Shown here: piece by piece, positions 45,987-55,591 of the stretch
Numbering within the stretch: the stretch's first letter is position 1
Layout of the letters: every line of letters begins with the position of its first letter
Assembly (NCBI GenBank): GCA_963774265.1
Contig: CAVZDU010000001.1
Location: 1,312,001 to 1,376,000 of the forward strand
From: an uncultured Chloroflexia bacterium
GTDB lineage: Bacteria > Chloroflexota > Anaerolineae > CG2-30-64-16
Reading direction: 5' to 3'
Length of the DNA stretch: 64,000 nucleotides
Position numbers and translations under genes: made by a program
Notes under the pieces: model-generated
Database searches by the model: none
The model's input: the letters and a program-made list of their open reading frames with translations, nothing else
Told to the model about the DNA's origin: nothing

Positions 45987-47134
45987 CCATACGGATCGGC
46001 CGCGTCTCGCAAGCCATCACCGACGAAATTGAACGCCAGGACGGCCAAGATGACCGGAATGACCGGAAGCAGTAACCACGGCGAAATCGCCAGGGCCTGG
46101 ATGTTCTGCGCCTGCTCCAATAACACGCCCCACGAGATCGCAGGCGGGCGCAATCCCAGGCCCAAGAAGCTGAGGGAAGTCTCGCTGATGATCATCGCCG
46201 GAATGGCCAAAGTGGTGGCCGCGATGATATGGCTCAGGAACGATGGGACCATGTGGCGGAAGATGATGCGCATCTTGCCGCACCCCACCAGCTCCGCCGC
46301 GGTGATGAAATCCTCTTCGCGGAGGGTGAGGAACCGGCCGCGCACAACGCGGGCCAACTCGGTCCAGCCCAGTAACGAGATGATAAGCGTGATTGCCAGG
46401 TAGATCTGTTGCGTTGACCACGCGCGCGGGAGTGCGGCCGCAAGGCCCATCCAGAGCGGAATAGTCGGAATCGAGCGCAGAACCTCGATGGTGCGTTGGA
46501 TCACTGTGTCTATCGCGCCGCTGAAATAGCCGGAGATGCCCCCGAGTAACACTCCCAGGAACAGACTGAGCGCCACCGCGGCCAGACCGATAACCAGCGA
46601 AATCTGCGTGGCGAGCATCAGGCGCGACCAGAGATCGCGGCCGTTGACATCGGTGCCGAGAAGGAAGAGCGATTCTTCGACCGGCGCGCCTTCCACGCCC
46701 AGCAGGTGGGTGTCTCCGGGGATGATGCCCAGGAGCTTATAGGAAAAGCCCTTGACGAAGAAACGCAGCGGAAGCTTTGTCTCCGGATCGTTGACGTAGA
46801 CGCGCTTGAAGGTTTTGGGATCTCGGGCGCCCTTGACCGCGTAGACGTGTGGGCTCAGCTTCCCATCTTGGAACCAATGGACCTTCTGAGGTGGCATCAG
46901 GCCGCGCTGGGCCTCCGATAGCTCGGGATCTACGTAAGCCAGGGCCGGCGCGAAGAAGGCAACCAGGTAGAAGAGGATCAGGACAACGGCGCTGATCATG
47001 GCCAGGGTGTGCTTGCGGAAACGCCACCACATGAGCTGGGCGGCGCTCGCTACCGAGACGCGTTCCTCGGCTTCGGTCATCGCCTCTTCCGGCGCTTCAA
47101 TGGGTCGAGCAGCGATGGGCATGGATTCAGTCAT
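45983..47134 (-). CDS. OppC-like ABC permease
   Basis: LLGTDVNGRD, EEDFITAA, ETSLSFLGLG, GDGLRDAADP. Confidence 0.92.
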   Translation of the reverse strand: MTESMPIAARPIEAPEEAMTEAEERVSVASAAQLMWWRFRKHTLAMISAVVLILFYLVAFFAPALAYVDPELSEAQRGLMPPQKVHWFQDGKLSPHVYAVKGARDPKTFKRVYVNDPETKLPLRFFVKGFSYKLLGIIPGDTHLLGVEGAPVEESLFLLGTDVNGRDLWSRLMLATQISLVIGLAAVALSLFLGVLLGGISGYFSGAIDTVIQRTIEVLRSIPTIPLWMGLAAALPRAWSTQQIYLAITLIISLLGWTELARVVRGRFLTLREEDFITAAELVGCGKMRIIFRHMVPSFLSHIIAATTLAIPAMIISETSLSFLGLGLRPPAISWGVLLEQAQNIQALAISPWLLLPVIPVILAVLAFNFVGDGLRDAADPYG

Positions 47135-48123
47135 CAGCGGCGCTCCAGGCGGATGCGCGGATCAACCCACATCAACAAGAGGTCGGAGATGAAGGTGCCG
47201 ATCACGGTCATGACGCCCAGCATTAGCACGATGGTGCCGGCGAGAAACATGTCCTGCGCAACAAGCGCCTTCAGCAGCAGGGGGCCAACGGTGGGCAGGC
47301 TCAGCACCAGCGAGATAATGATGCTACCGGAGACGATGTAGGGCAACAGATAGCCGATGGTGCTGATGAAAGGGTTCAGCGCGACGCGCACCGGGTATTT
47401 CATGATCACCCGCAGCTCGGACAGGCCGCGCGCCCTGGCGGTCATCACGTAGGGCTTGCGCAGCTCGTCCAGCAGGTTCGAGCGCATGATGCGGATCATT
47501 TGCGCCGTGCCAGACAGACCAAGGACCACGGCCGGGATCGGCAGGTGATTGATCATGTCTTTTATCTTGACCCAGTTCCAGGGCGCGTCCGCAAGGTCTG
47601 GCGAGAAGAGGCCACCCACGTTGGCGTTGAAATAGCGAAAACCAACGTACAGGACGATCAATGCCAACATGAAGCCTGGCACGGCCAGGCCAATGAAACC
47701 GATGAACGTGAAGATATAGTCACCGATCGAGTAGCGTCGCACGGCGGAGTAGATGCCGATAGGGAGCGCGAGCGCCCAGGTGAAGATGACGGCGGCTAAC
47801 GACACTACCACGGTCAGCATCAGGCGATCGCCGATCACGTCCTTGACCGGCCGGTTCCATTCCATTGCCATGCCATAGTTGCCGCGGAGGATCTGTCCCA
47901 TCCAGCGCACGAACTGGACGGTCATGGGCTTGTCCAGCCCATATTGCTCCCGTAGCGCCTGGATGTCACCTTCGGAGACGCTGGCGCCGCCGGCCGACAT
48001 AGACGCGATATATGTGGTGCCGAAGTCACCGGGCGGCAACTGGATAATGACAAACGCCAGAACACTGATGGCAAAGAGGGTGACGACGGCTAAGGCCGCA
48101 CGGCGTATGATATACGCGAGCAT
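47134..48123 (-). CDS. OppB-like ABC permease
   Basis: PPGD, YGLDKP, YVMTARARGL, VDPRIR. Confidence 0.92.
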   Translation of the reverse strand: MLAYIIRRAALAVVTLFAISVLAFVIIQLPPGDFGTTYIASMSAGGASVSEGDIQALREQYGLDKPMTVQFVRWMGQILRGNYGMAMEWNRPVKDVIGDRLMLTVVVSLAAVIFTWALALPIGIYSAVRRYSIGDYIFTFIGFIGLAVPGFMLALIVLYVGFRYFNANVGGLFSPDLADAPWNWVKIKDMINHLPIPAVVLGLSGTAQMIRIMRSNLLDELRKPYVMTARARGLSELRVIMKYPVRVALNPFISTIGYLLPYIVSGSIIISLVLSLPTVGPLLLKALVAQDMFLAGTIVLMLGVMTVIGTFISDLLLMWVDPRIRLERR

Positions 48124-48150
48124 CGCGCCTCCTTACCTCACCCACCCCAA

Positions 48151-48179
48151 CCCTCCCTCTCCGCACCGGAGAGGGAGGG
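48151..48179. repeat. perfect 13-bp hairpin between the SBP and permease genes (REP-like or mRNA stabiliser)
   Basis: ccctccctctccg-cac-cggagagggaggg. Confidence 0.6.
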
Positions 48180-48196
48180 AGGAGAGATAGGGAGGT

Positions 48197-50398
48197 TTAG
48201 CTCTTGAAGTAGAAGGTGGGCGGCAGCGAGGAGCCAGGCGTGCGACCATGCTGCGCGTTGATCTGGCGCTCTGGGACGTTGCCCATGTTATTCTTGACCA
48301 CGCGCACGCCCATGAAGGCGGGCGACTGGCCAACGGTGCCGATGCTCCACTGCTGCTCAGTGATAATCTTCCAGAGATCCTGGCCGAGCTTTTTCTGGTC
48401 GGCCTCCTTCAGCGTGGGGTACGTTTTGAACATCTCAAAGGCTTTGAGCATCTCTGGATCATCCGGCTTCACGCCCTGTGTTCCGCCGGAGGCGAACCAC
48501 TTGGCAAAGGCCATGCCCATGTGGCACTCCGCCGGGTCCACGGGAAGCGCGTGACGCGGGAAGAGGAAGATCATCTCGGAGCCGTCGTTGGCCCAGGTGA
48601 TCATTTGCTGCTCGTTGTTGGCCGTCGTGCCGAACGCCTGGTTGCGCTCCATCTCCTTGACTTGCGCGTCGATGCCGATCTTCTTCCACTGCTGGGTGAT
48701 CATTTCGCCGACTTGCGTGTATGGCACGAATTGGCCGCCGACGGTGATCATCTCCAACCGCAAGCGCTCACCATTGTCAGTGCGTACGCGGAAGCCCTCG
48801 GCATCCTTTTTGTTCAGGCCGATCTTGTCGAGAATCTGGTTGGCCTGGTCCGGGTCGTAGGTGCACCATAACTTGCGATACTCCGGGCCAGGGCTATAGA
48901 GCGTGGATTCAGCCGGCGCGTTAGAGCCAGCGGTGCCCACACCCAGCCAGAAGGTCTCATTGAGTTGATCGCGATCGATGCCCAATGATAGGGCATGGCG
49001 GAAATCCTTGTTCCTGATCCACTTCGCGATTTCTGCATCACCCGTGTACGCGTTGCCCATGTGCAGGTTGACATCCGCGCCGTTCAGGGCCGGGTCGAGA
49101 TGGACGGTGTAATTGCCCTTCTCCTGGTTTTCCAACAGTACCGGCAGGTTGGCCAGGCCGACGTGGCGCTCCTGGATGTCGTACTCGCCCGCGACCGCGC
49201 GCAGGTTCAGCACCTGCAGGTTTTCGGCAAGTGTCATGGTGATCTTGTCGATATAAGGAAGCTGATTTCCTTCGCTGTCTACGGCCCAGAAGTAGGGGTT
49301 GCGCTCCAGGACCCAGGTCGGCGTGTTGATGGCGCCGGTGGTCCTCCAGGGGGTCATGACCGGCACTTCGGGATTGAGACACCAGCTATAGCGATTCTTG
49401 AAGTAAAGCTTCCAGTCGTCGAAGCCTGCGGCTTTCGCCTTGGTGTTCAGCTCGTCGACGGATGAATACTTGGGCAGGTACTGTTTCAGGTAATGCGCCG
49501 GGGCGTAGCCGCCGCCGTAGGTGCCGAACGCACCGCGGGTGGCAAAGCCGGCGCCGATGGCTGTGCTGCCGGCCAGGGTGTACGGGAAGTAGTAGTTCGG
49601 TTCGGGAAACTCGAAAGCCACGGTGTAGTCATCGACCTTCTTCATGACACCGGACTTGCCATTGACCAGCATTTCGGTGAAGGGTGTGGGGACAAGGTCC
49701 TTGTTGCTGTAGATGTCCTCGAACCAGAACATGAAGTCATCCGCGGTGAGCGGCGTGCCATCCGACCACTTGGCGCCCTTGCGGAGATAGATCGTCGTGG
49801 TCAGACCATCGTCACTCAGCTTCCAATCCTTGGCCAGCGCAGGCCTGATCTGGGTGCCGGTGTATTCCCAGAAGAGGATCTTTTCCATCGAGACAATGCG
49901 GTTGCCATTCTCGTGGTCGGCGGGGCCGGTGAAGCCGCGGCGCCAGTTGCCGCCGTATTTGCCGACCTCGTGCAGGGGTTGAACCACCATCACTTCACCT
50001 GCTTCGGGCAGGCGTTCTTCCAGCGCAGGCAATGTGCCGGCCTTCACCAGATCCGCCCACATTGGCGCCTCAGCGAACTTGGTGGGGTACTTGGCGGCGT
50101 CAAGGATGATCTCTGGGCCTTCAAGTTTACCGATGAGCGACTCGCCCAATGCGGGCGCAGCTTCCGGGACGGCCGTGGGAGGAATGGCTGTGGGAGGCAC
50201 GGCCGTGGGAGGGATGGCCGTGGGTGCGACTACCGCTGCGGTGGGTGCGACAGGCGCTGTGGTGGGCGCTGCCGGTGCTGCTGGTGCTGCTGTGGGTGAC
50301 GGTGCGGGGGCCGTACACGCGGCGAGGGCCGCAGTGCCGATTGCCGCCCCGGATGCGGTTAGAAATTGCCGCCGGGTCAGCCGTTTACCTTTGGACAT
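48197..50398 (-). CDS. family-5 (OppA-like) substrate-binding lipoprotein, Tat-exported
   Basis: TRRQFL Tat motif plus LAAC lipobox; PTAIP/PTAVP repeats; LEERLP, WSDG.PLTADD, RNPYFW, PYID; AAGGAGG RBS. Confidence 0.9.
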   Translation of the reverse strand: MSKGKRLTRRQFLTASGAAIGTAALAACTAPAPSPTAAPAAPAAPTTAPVAPTAAVVAPTAIPPTAVPPTAIPPTAVPEAAPALGESLIGKLEGPEIILDAAKYPTKFAEAPMWADLVKAGTLPALEERLPEAGEVMVVQPLHEVGKYGGNWRRGFTGPADHENGNRIVSMEKILFWEYTGTQIRPALAKDWKLSDDGLTTTIYLRKGAKWSDGTPLTADDFMFWFEDIYSNKDLVPTPFTEMLVNGKSGVMKKVDDYTVAFEFPEPNYYFPYTLAGSTAIGAGFATRGAFGTYGGGYAPAHYLKQYLPKYSSVDELNTKAKAAGFDDWKLYFKNRYSWCLNPEVPVMTPWRTTGAINTPTWVLERNPYFWAVDSEGNQLPYIDKITMTLAENLQVLNLRAVAGEYDIQERHVGLANLPVLLENQEKGNYTVHLDPALNGADVNLHMGNAYTGDAEIAKWIRNKDFRHALSLGIDRDQLNETFWLGVGTAGSNAPAESTLYSPGPEYRKLWCTYDPDQANQILDKIGLNKKDAEGFRVRTDNGERLRLEMITVGGQFVPYTQVGEMITQQWKKIGIDAQVKEMERNQAFGTTANNEQQMITWANDGSEMIFLFPRHALPVDPAECHMGMAFAKWFASGGTQGVKPDDPEMLKAFEMFKTYPTLKEADQKKLGQDLWKIITEQQWSIGTVGQSPAFMGVRVVKNNMGNVPERQINAQHGRTPGSSLPPTFYFKS

Positions 50399-50668
50399 CA
50401 GGACCTCCTTGCTCTTTGAGAGCCACAGTGGGTGCGCCGTTGAACCGCTGTCAGATGTTGATGACAAGCGTGCACTTGGGCGATGGTGCATGAGGTAGAG
50501 GGGCAGTAGACCGAAGCGCATAACGCGGGCCTGGACTTCAGCATGAGGCCATCGAACACTTCAAGGCTCGACAGTGCCGGTGCGGCAACGTTGCTGCGAT
50601 GTGTCCAGTGTGGCATTGAATGCGCCTGTCGCGACGGGGAGGGGCGGCTGTGCCCCCTCGAACCTTAC

Positions 50669-50721
50669 GAAAATCGATTTCCCTGTGCTAAAATATAGCA
50701 TGGCTTGCACCGGCATGTCAA
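50669..50721 (-). promoter_or_regulatory. promoter with LacI-type operator for the Opp-like operon
   Basis: TTGACA-18 nt-TATATT (extended TG) on the minus strand; palindrome GAAAATCGATTTCC at 50669-50682 just downstream. Confidence 0.6.
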
Positions 50722-50798
50722 CCCATTAAGAAGTCACCGCTGTTCCATGCCGGCGTTCGAGTGCGGAATTCGCATTTCCTCCTTCGCTGCGGTTCTTG

Positions 50799-51629
50799 TC
50801 AGGGTCGGCAGACGATTGAGATCAGGTCGTGCAGGCCATTGATAACGAAATCCGGGGGGCGCTCGAGCCGTGAGACGTCCTCGCGTGTCGACACGCCGGT
50901 CAGCGGGACGGCTGTCAGCATTCCGGCTTCCTGGCCCATCCGCAGATCGGTCTCCAGCCGGTCCCCCACCATGAGGCAGCGCCCTGCGGGCACGCCCAAG
51001 CGATCCAACGCAGTGCCGAGGATCAACGGAGACGGCTTGCCCGCGACCAATTCGGGCCAGCGCCGCGTGAGCTGATAAAGTGCGGCGAGCGTGGCGCCGG
51101 CATCCGGGATGGCGCCGCCGGGCATGGGGCAGGTGTCATCGGCATTGGTGGCGAAGAATCGGGCGCCCCGGCGCAACGCCTGATAGACCGTGTTCAGCTT
51201 GCGATAGTCCAGCGTGCGGTCGAGCGCCACTACCACGGCATCGATGCCTCCGGGCTCGATGACCTCTTTGGGGTCCTGCGCCACGAGCTCATCGGCGACG
51301 CACAGTCCTGCGCCACGTAATTCCCGCCGCAGGTATTCCTCACCGATAACATAGTAGCACAATCCAGGTTCATGAGCGGCCAGGTAGTGCGCCAGCACGA
51401 AGGCAGAGGTGATAACATCCTCTCCTGGGGTTGGGATGCCCAGCCGCGTCAGCTTGGCCGCGTAGGCTTCTCGCGGTTCCAGCGGCTTGTTGCTGACGAA
51501 CATCGTCCGAACACCCGCCTTGCGCAGGCCGGTGACCCCTTCGACCGCGCCCGGCAGTGCGGCCTCCCCAAGATAAACGGTGCCGTCCAGGTCAAAGACG
51601 ACGGCGTCGACGAGCGGCTTTGAAGCCAT
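50799..51629 (-). CDS. HAD-IIA (NagD/AraL-like) sugar phosphatase
   Basis: FDLDGT, SN, GKPS and VGDRLETD motifs; ATG at 51629 with GAGGAG RBS. Confidence 0.9.
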   Translation of the reverse strand: MASKPLVDAVVFDLDGTVYLGEAALPGAVEGVTGLRKAGVRTMFVSNKPLEPREAYAAKLTRLGIPTPGEDVITSAFVLAHYLAAHEPGLCYYVIGEEYLRRELRGAGLCVADELVAQDPKEVIEPGGIDAVVVALDRTLDYRKLNTVYQALRRGARFFATNADDTCPMPGGAIPDAGATLAALYQLTRRWPELVAGKPSPLILGTALDRLGVPAGRCLMVGDRLETDLRMGQEAGMLTAVPLTGVSTREDVSRLERPPDFVINGLHDLISIVCRP

Positions 51630-51640
51630 GCGGACGCTCC

Positions 51641-52885
51641 TCAGGCGATCTGTAACATGCGCCGCAGCCGGAGCATGGGCAGCCGGTTGCGTAAGTAGTG
51701 GGCATAGGCGAGCGCGTCGGCCAGATCGCGCGGCTCCAACCCCAACTCCGCTACCGTGGTGGGGCCGCCAACGCGGCGCAAGGTGTCGATCACCGTCTCC
51801 GGCGTCGGAACGTCTGCGGCGATGGCCTGGATGTCGTCCCAATGGCTGAGAACTTTTTTGGAGAGAGCCGCGTAATCTGCCGCGTCCATGTCGAGGAAGC
51901 TTGCCTGTTCGCCGAACACCTGCTCCACGGCAAACGGCCACCCGGTCCGGATGTTGGCGATCTCCTGCTCGCGATCGGGCAATCCACTCGCTGCCAGCCG
52001 CCGGGCGGCTTCGGCCCGATTCATGCCGCGCACCTGTTGCCAGTAGCCAGCGATCAGCGACGTGCCCACGCCCACCTTTGCGCCATGCAAGAGTGCGGGA
52101 CGGTTCTCGTACAGCAGGCGCGACTCCCAGAAGTGGGACAGCAGATGCTCCGATCCGGAGGCGGGCAGGGAGATGCCGAAGTCTGCCATGCACAGGCCGG
52201 CCTCGATCAGCGCTTCCATCAGCGAGCGGATGCCGGAGGGGGTGGCGCGGCCAATCTCGTCCGCCGAATCGACGACCTTGTAGAGGGCGGTGGTGAAACG
52301 CTGCGCGATGGCCTCGTCAAAGCGGTCGGTCCACAATAGCGAACCCAACCGCCAGTCGGCCGTGGAGGTCCACTTCGCGATCACGTCACCTGCTCCGGAT
52401 GCGATCATTTTCCGGGGCGCCGCAGCCAGCGTGTCCAGGTCGGCAAAAATCGCCTGGGGCAGGTGACCCGGCGCCGTGATCTTGAGCCGGCGCACAACCA
52501 TCGGTGTGATCGGAGATGTGTAGCCGTCGACCGAGGGCGCGGTCGGCACGGAGATGAAGGCTCCACCGGTCTGCAGGGTGACAAAGCGGGTGATGTCGGT
52601 GATGGTGCCCGAGCCGACAGCCAGGAACGCGCGATCACGGGCCTCGTTGCGCAGCATGACATCGATCACCTGAAGCTCGTCGACGATGACTTCTGGCCCG
52701 GCAAGCAGGATAGTGCGCACGTCAAGGCCCGCGGCTTGCAGCCTGGCTTCCACCTGGCTGCCCAAGACGGCATACGTGTTGGCATCCGCGACGAGCGAGA
52801 AGCGGCGCAAACCCTGCTTTGTGATGTATGCGAGAAGCTGGTCGACGGCCCCGTGGCCGATATAGATAAATGGTCTCGTGGTCAT
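51641..52885 (-). CDS. sn-glycerol-1-phosphate dehydrogenase family (AraM/EgsA-like)
   Basis: AVGSGTITDITR, PTAPSVDGYTS, GDVIAK, PASGSEHLLSH, LHGAKVG. Confidence 0.87.
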   Translation of the reverse strand: MTTRPFIYIGHGAVDQLLAYITKQGLRRFSLVADANTYAVLGSQVEARLQAAGLDVRTILLAGPEVIVDELQVIDVMLRNEARDRAFLAVGSGTITDITRFVTLQTGGAFISVPTAPSVDGYTSPITPMVVRRLKITAPGHLPQAIFADLDTLAAAPRKMIASGAGDVIAKWTSTADWRLGSLLWTDRFDEAIAQRFTTALYKVVDSADEIGRATPSGIRSLMEALIEAGLCMADFGISLPASGSEHLLSHFWESRLLYENRPALLHGAKVGVGTSLIAGYWQQVRGMNRAEAARRLAASGLPDREQEIANIRTGWPFAVEQVFGEQASFLDMDAADYAALSKKVLSHWDDIQAIAADVPTPETVIDTLRRVGGPTTVAELGLEPRDLADALAYAHYLRNRLPMLRLRRMLQIA

Positions 52886-53145
52886 GTCATCTCCCTGGAC
52901 GATGGTCGAGGATGTCAGGATGCTGAAAGCAGATGAGGCGCTCGGTGAGCGTATCACCGATCACAGGGCATGTCAAACAAGGTTGAATTATGGCGGGAAG
53001 CGAGATTGCTGATCCCCATTCATCCAACATCTATAATATGCTTAAAGTTGCACTATGTGTGGAATTCGTTTCCTACACGCATGCGGCAAGTAATCCTGTG
53101 ACGCCGAACGAGTGGCGGTACGGGTGGAATCAGGGGGTGGCGTCG

Positions 53146-54111
53146 ATGTCAAGCACCATTAGTTTCACCTCGCCGAAGGATCTGAAGGACGCCCTCGGCG
53201 AACAAAAGTATATCGCGAGCGATGAAATCGCCACGATCATGTATCTGAGTCAGCAGCTTGGCAAGCCGCTGCTGACCGAAGGACCCGCGGGCGTCGGCAA
53301 GACCGAGTTGGCCAAGGCCATCGCGAGCGCAACCGGACGCGAACTCATCCGTCTCCAGTGTTATGAAGGGCTCGACGAGACCAAGGCGCTGTACGAATGG
53401 GAATATGCCAAGCAGCTGCTTTATACGCAATTGCTACGTGACAAGCTCCACGAGACGCTCGCCAGCACGGGGAGCCTGGCAGAGGCGGCGGACAAGTTGG
53501 CTGGGGAGGAGGACGTTTTCTTCTCCATGCGTTTCCTGTTACAGCGGCCTCTATTACGCGCCATTCTCAGCGACCAGCCCACGGTGCTTCTCATCGACGA
53601 AATCGACCGCGCCGATGCGGAGTTCGAAGCCTTCCTCCTTGAGGTCCTCAGCGATTTCCAGGTCAGTGTCCCCGAATTGGGCACCCTGCAAGCCGTGCAC
53701 CGGCCGCTTGTACTGCTGACCAGTAACAACACCCGTGAGCTGAGTGAGGCGCTCAAGCGCAGGTGTCTCTATTTGTTCATCAACTATCCGAATATCGATC
53801 AGGAACTGGCAGTCGTTCATCTGAAGGTGCCCGAACTTGCACCGAAGCTCGCCCGGCAGGCGGTGGAACTGGTGCAGCGGTTGCGCGGCATGGATCTGCG
53901 TAAGTCGCCGAGCATCTCTGAGACGTTGGACTGGGCGAAGGCACTGGTAACCCTGAATGCGCGGGCCTTGGACACCCAGACGCTGGAGACGACATTGAGT
54001 GTGCTTCTGAAGCACGAGACCGATCTTCAGCGCGTTCGGAATGAGATGAATCGGCCCACCGAGCGCCCCCGCTTCGACGACGAAACGGGGCGTTACCGCC
54101 GGCTGAATTGA
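53146..54111 (+). CDS. MoxR-family AAA+ ATPase (CoxD-like)
   Basis: EGPAGVGKT, RLQCYEGLD, LYEWEY, LIDEIDRAD, ELSEALKRRC. Confidence 0.9.
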   Translation: MSSTISFTSPKDLKDALGEQKYIASDEIATIMYLSQQLGKPLLTEGPAGVGKTELAKAIASATGRELIRLQCYEGLDETKALYEWEYAKQLLYTQLLRDKLHETLASTGSLAEAADKLAGEEDVFFSMRFLLQRPLLRAILSDQPTVLLIDEIDRADAEFEAFLLEVLSDFQVSVPELGTLQAVHRPLVLLTSNNTRELSEALKRRCLYLFINYPNIDQELAVVHLKVPELAPKLARQAVELVQRLRGMDLRKSPSISETLDWAKALVTLNARALDTQTLETTLSVLLKHETDLQRVRNEMNRPTERPRFDDETGRYRRLN

Positions 54112-54118
54112 GTTCACG

Positions 54119-55498
54119 ATGGACGAACGCATTGTTAAGTTCATTGCGGCTCTGCGCGGTGGCGGGGTGCGCGTCAGTCTCGCCGAGAGTGCGGATGCGT
54201 TCCGCGCGGTTGAAGAACTGGGGGTGACCGATCGCGAGCTGTTCCGCCTGAGTATGCGCGCGACACTGATCAAGGACGCAACGGATCTGTCCACCTTCGA
54301 CGAGTTATTTCCGCTTTTCTTCGGCACCTCCGATGCGCCGCCTCTGATGAACCTGGCGGAGGACCTCACACCTGAGGAGGCACAGACGCTGGCCCAAGCA
54401 TTACGTCAGTTTGCGGACCGGGTGCGGGATATGCTCGAACGCATGCTGCAAGGCAAGTCGCTGAGCCAGCGGGAATTGGAGCAACTCGGTCAGATGGTGG
54501 GGTTGAACCGTGCGGACAACCTGCGCCAGAAGGAGTGGATGGCGCGTCGCATGGCGCAGGCACTGAAGTTTAAGGATGTTCAGGCGGCGCTGGAGAAACT
54601 CCAGGAGTTGCTGGCCCAGATGGGCATGAACAAGCAACGACTCGACCAGATGCGCCAGATCTTGCAGGCGAACCAGCAGTCGACGATGGATCAGCTTCGC
54701 CAATATGCGGGGCAGAAGATCGCGGAGAATATGGCCGAGAGTCGCCCCGAGCAGCATGTCGACGCGCTCATGGATCGGCCGTTCACCGCTCTGTCAGACA
54801 AGGACATGGACATTCTCCGCAAGGAGGTCCAACGGCTGGCTGCTCGCCTGCGCAGCCGGGTCGCGCTCCGCCAGAAGCGAGCCAAAACCGGCCAGATCGA
54901 TGCCAAAGCGACAATCCGGGCCAACCTCAAACATGGCAATGTTCCCCTCATAATCAAGCACCGAGACCGGACGTTGAAGCCAAAGGTGGTCGCAATCTGT
55001 GATATCAGTACATCGATGCGCCCCGTGTCTGAGCTGATGCTGAGCCTGATCTACGCGTTGCAGGATCAGATCTCAAAGACGCATGCCTTCGCCTTCATAG
55101 ACCGACTTGAGTACGTCTCTCCTGACTTCCAGGGCAAGGAGGCGCGCGAGGCCGTTGGCGATGTCCTTTTGCGAATGCCTTCGGGCCATTACAACACCGA
55201 CCTGGGCGCCAGCCTGGCTGAGTTCACTCACAATTACCTGGACACGGTCGACAGCCGGACGACGTTCATTATTGTTGGCGATGGACGCAACAACTACAAT
55301 GACCCGCGGCTGGAGCTGTTCAGCTCCATCGCGCGGCGCAGCCGCCAGACCCTGTGGATCAATCCGGAATCGCCCACGCTGTGGAGCACCGGAGACAGTG
55401 ATATGCTAAAGTACGCGGCCTACTGCGATTCAGTCTTGCAGGTCAACACGTTGAACGAGTTGGCTGCGGCGGTTGACAAGCTGCTGGTCTCGCATTAG
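54119..55498 (+). CDS. CoxE-like VWA domain protein
   Basis: MIDAS CDISTSM; TIRANL, TDLG, VGDGRNNY, WINPE; follows the MoxR gene. Confidence 0.87.
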   Translation: MDERIVKFIAALRGGGVRVSLAESADAFRAVEELGVTDRELFRLSMRATLIKDATDLSTFDELFPLFFGTSDAPPLMNLAEDLTPEEAQTLAQALRQFADRVRDMLERMLQGKSLSQRELEQLGQMVGLNRADNLRQKEWMARRMAQALKFKDVQAALEKLQELLAQMGMNKQRLDQMRQILQANQQSTMDQLRQYAGQKIAENMAESRPEQHVDALMDRPFTALSDKDMDILRKEVQRLAARLRSRVALRQKRAKTGQIDAKATIRANLKHGNVPLIIKHRDRTLKPKVVAICDISTSMRPVSELMLSLIYALQDQISKTHAFAFIDRLEYVSPDFQGKEAREAVGDVLLRMPSGHYNTDLGASLAEFTHNYLDTVDSRTTFIIVGDGRNNYNDPRLELFSSIARRSRQTLWINPESPTLWSTGDSDMLKYAAYCDSVLQVNTLNELAAAVDKLLVSH

Positions 55499-55522
55499 AG
55501 TTCCTGGAGGCCTGTCTTTTGT

Positions 55523-55556
55523 GCGGCGGCCCTTCTTTTCGGGGAGCCGCCGCTTT
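55523..55556 (+). terminator. hairpin after the VWA gene
   Basis: gcggcggc/gccgccgc stem followed by ttt. Confidence 0.55.
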
Positions 55557-55591
55557 GCTGTGAGAATCTAGCACTGTGAGGAGGAGGTTGT

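Noticed and set aside
50799-52193. Long N-terminal ORF extensions (HAD to 52193; likewise SBP to 50521, aldolase to 43973, transposase to 5486)
   Set aside because: The extensions overlap neighbouring genes, IS ends or leaders; downstream starts have a clear RBS or stop-start coupling
38666-52960. Genomic island integrated at tRNA-Arg
   Set aside because: No integrase, no duplicated tRNA 3' end and no obvious compositional shift seen
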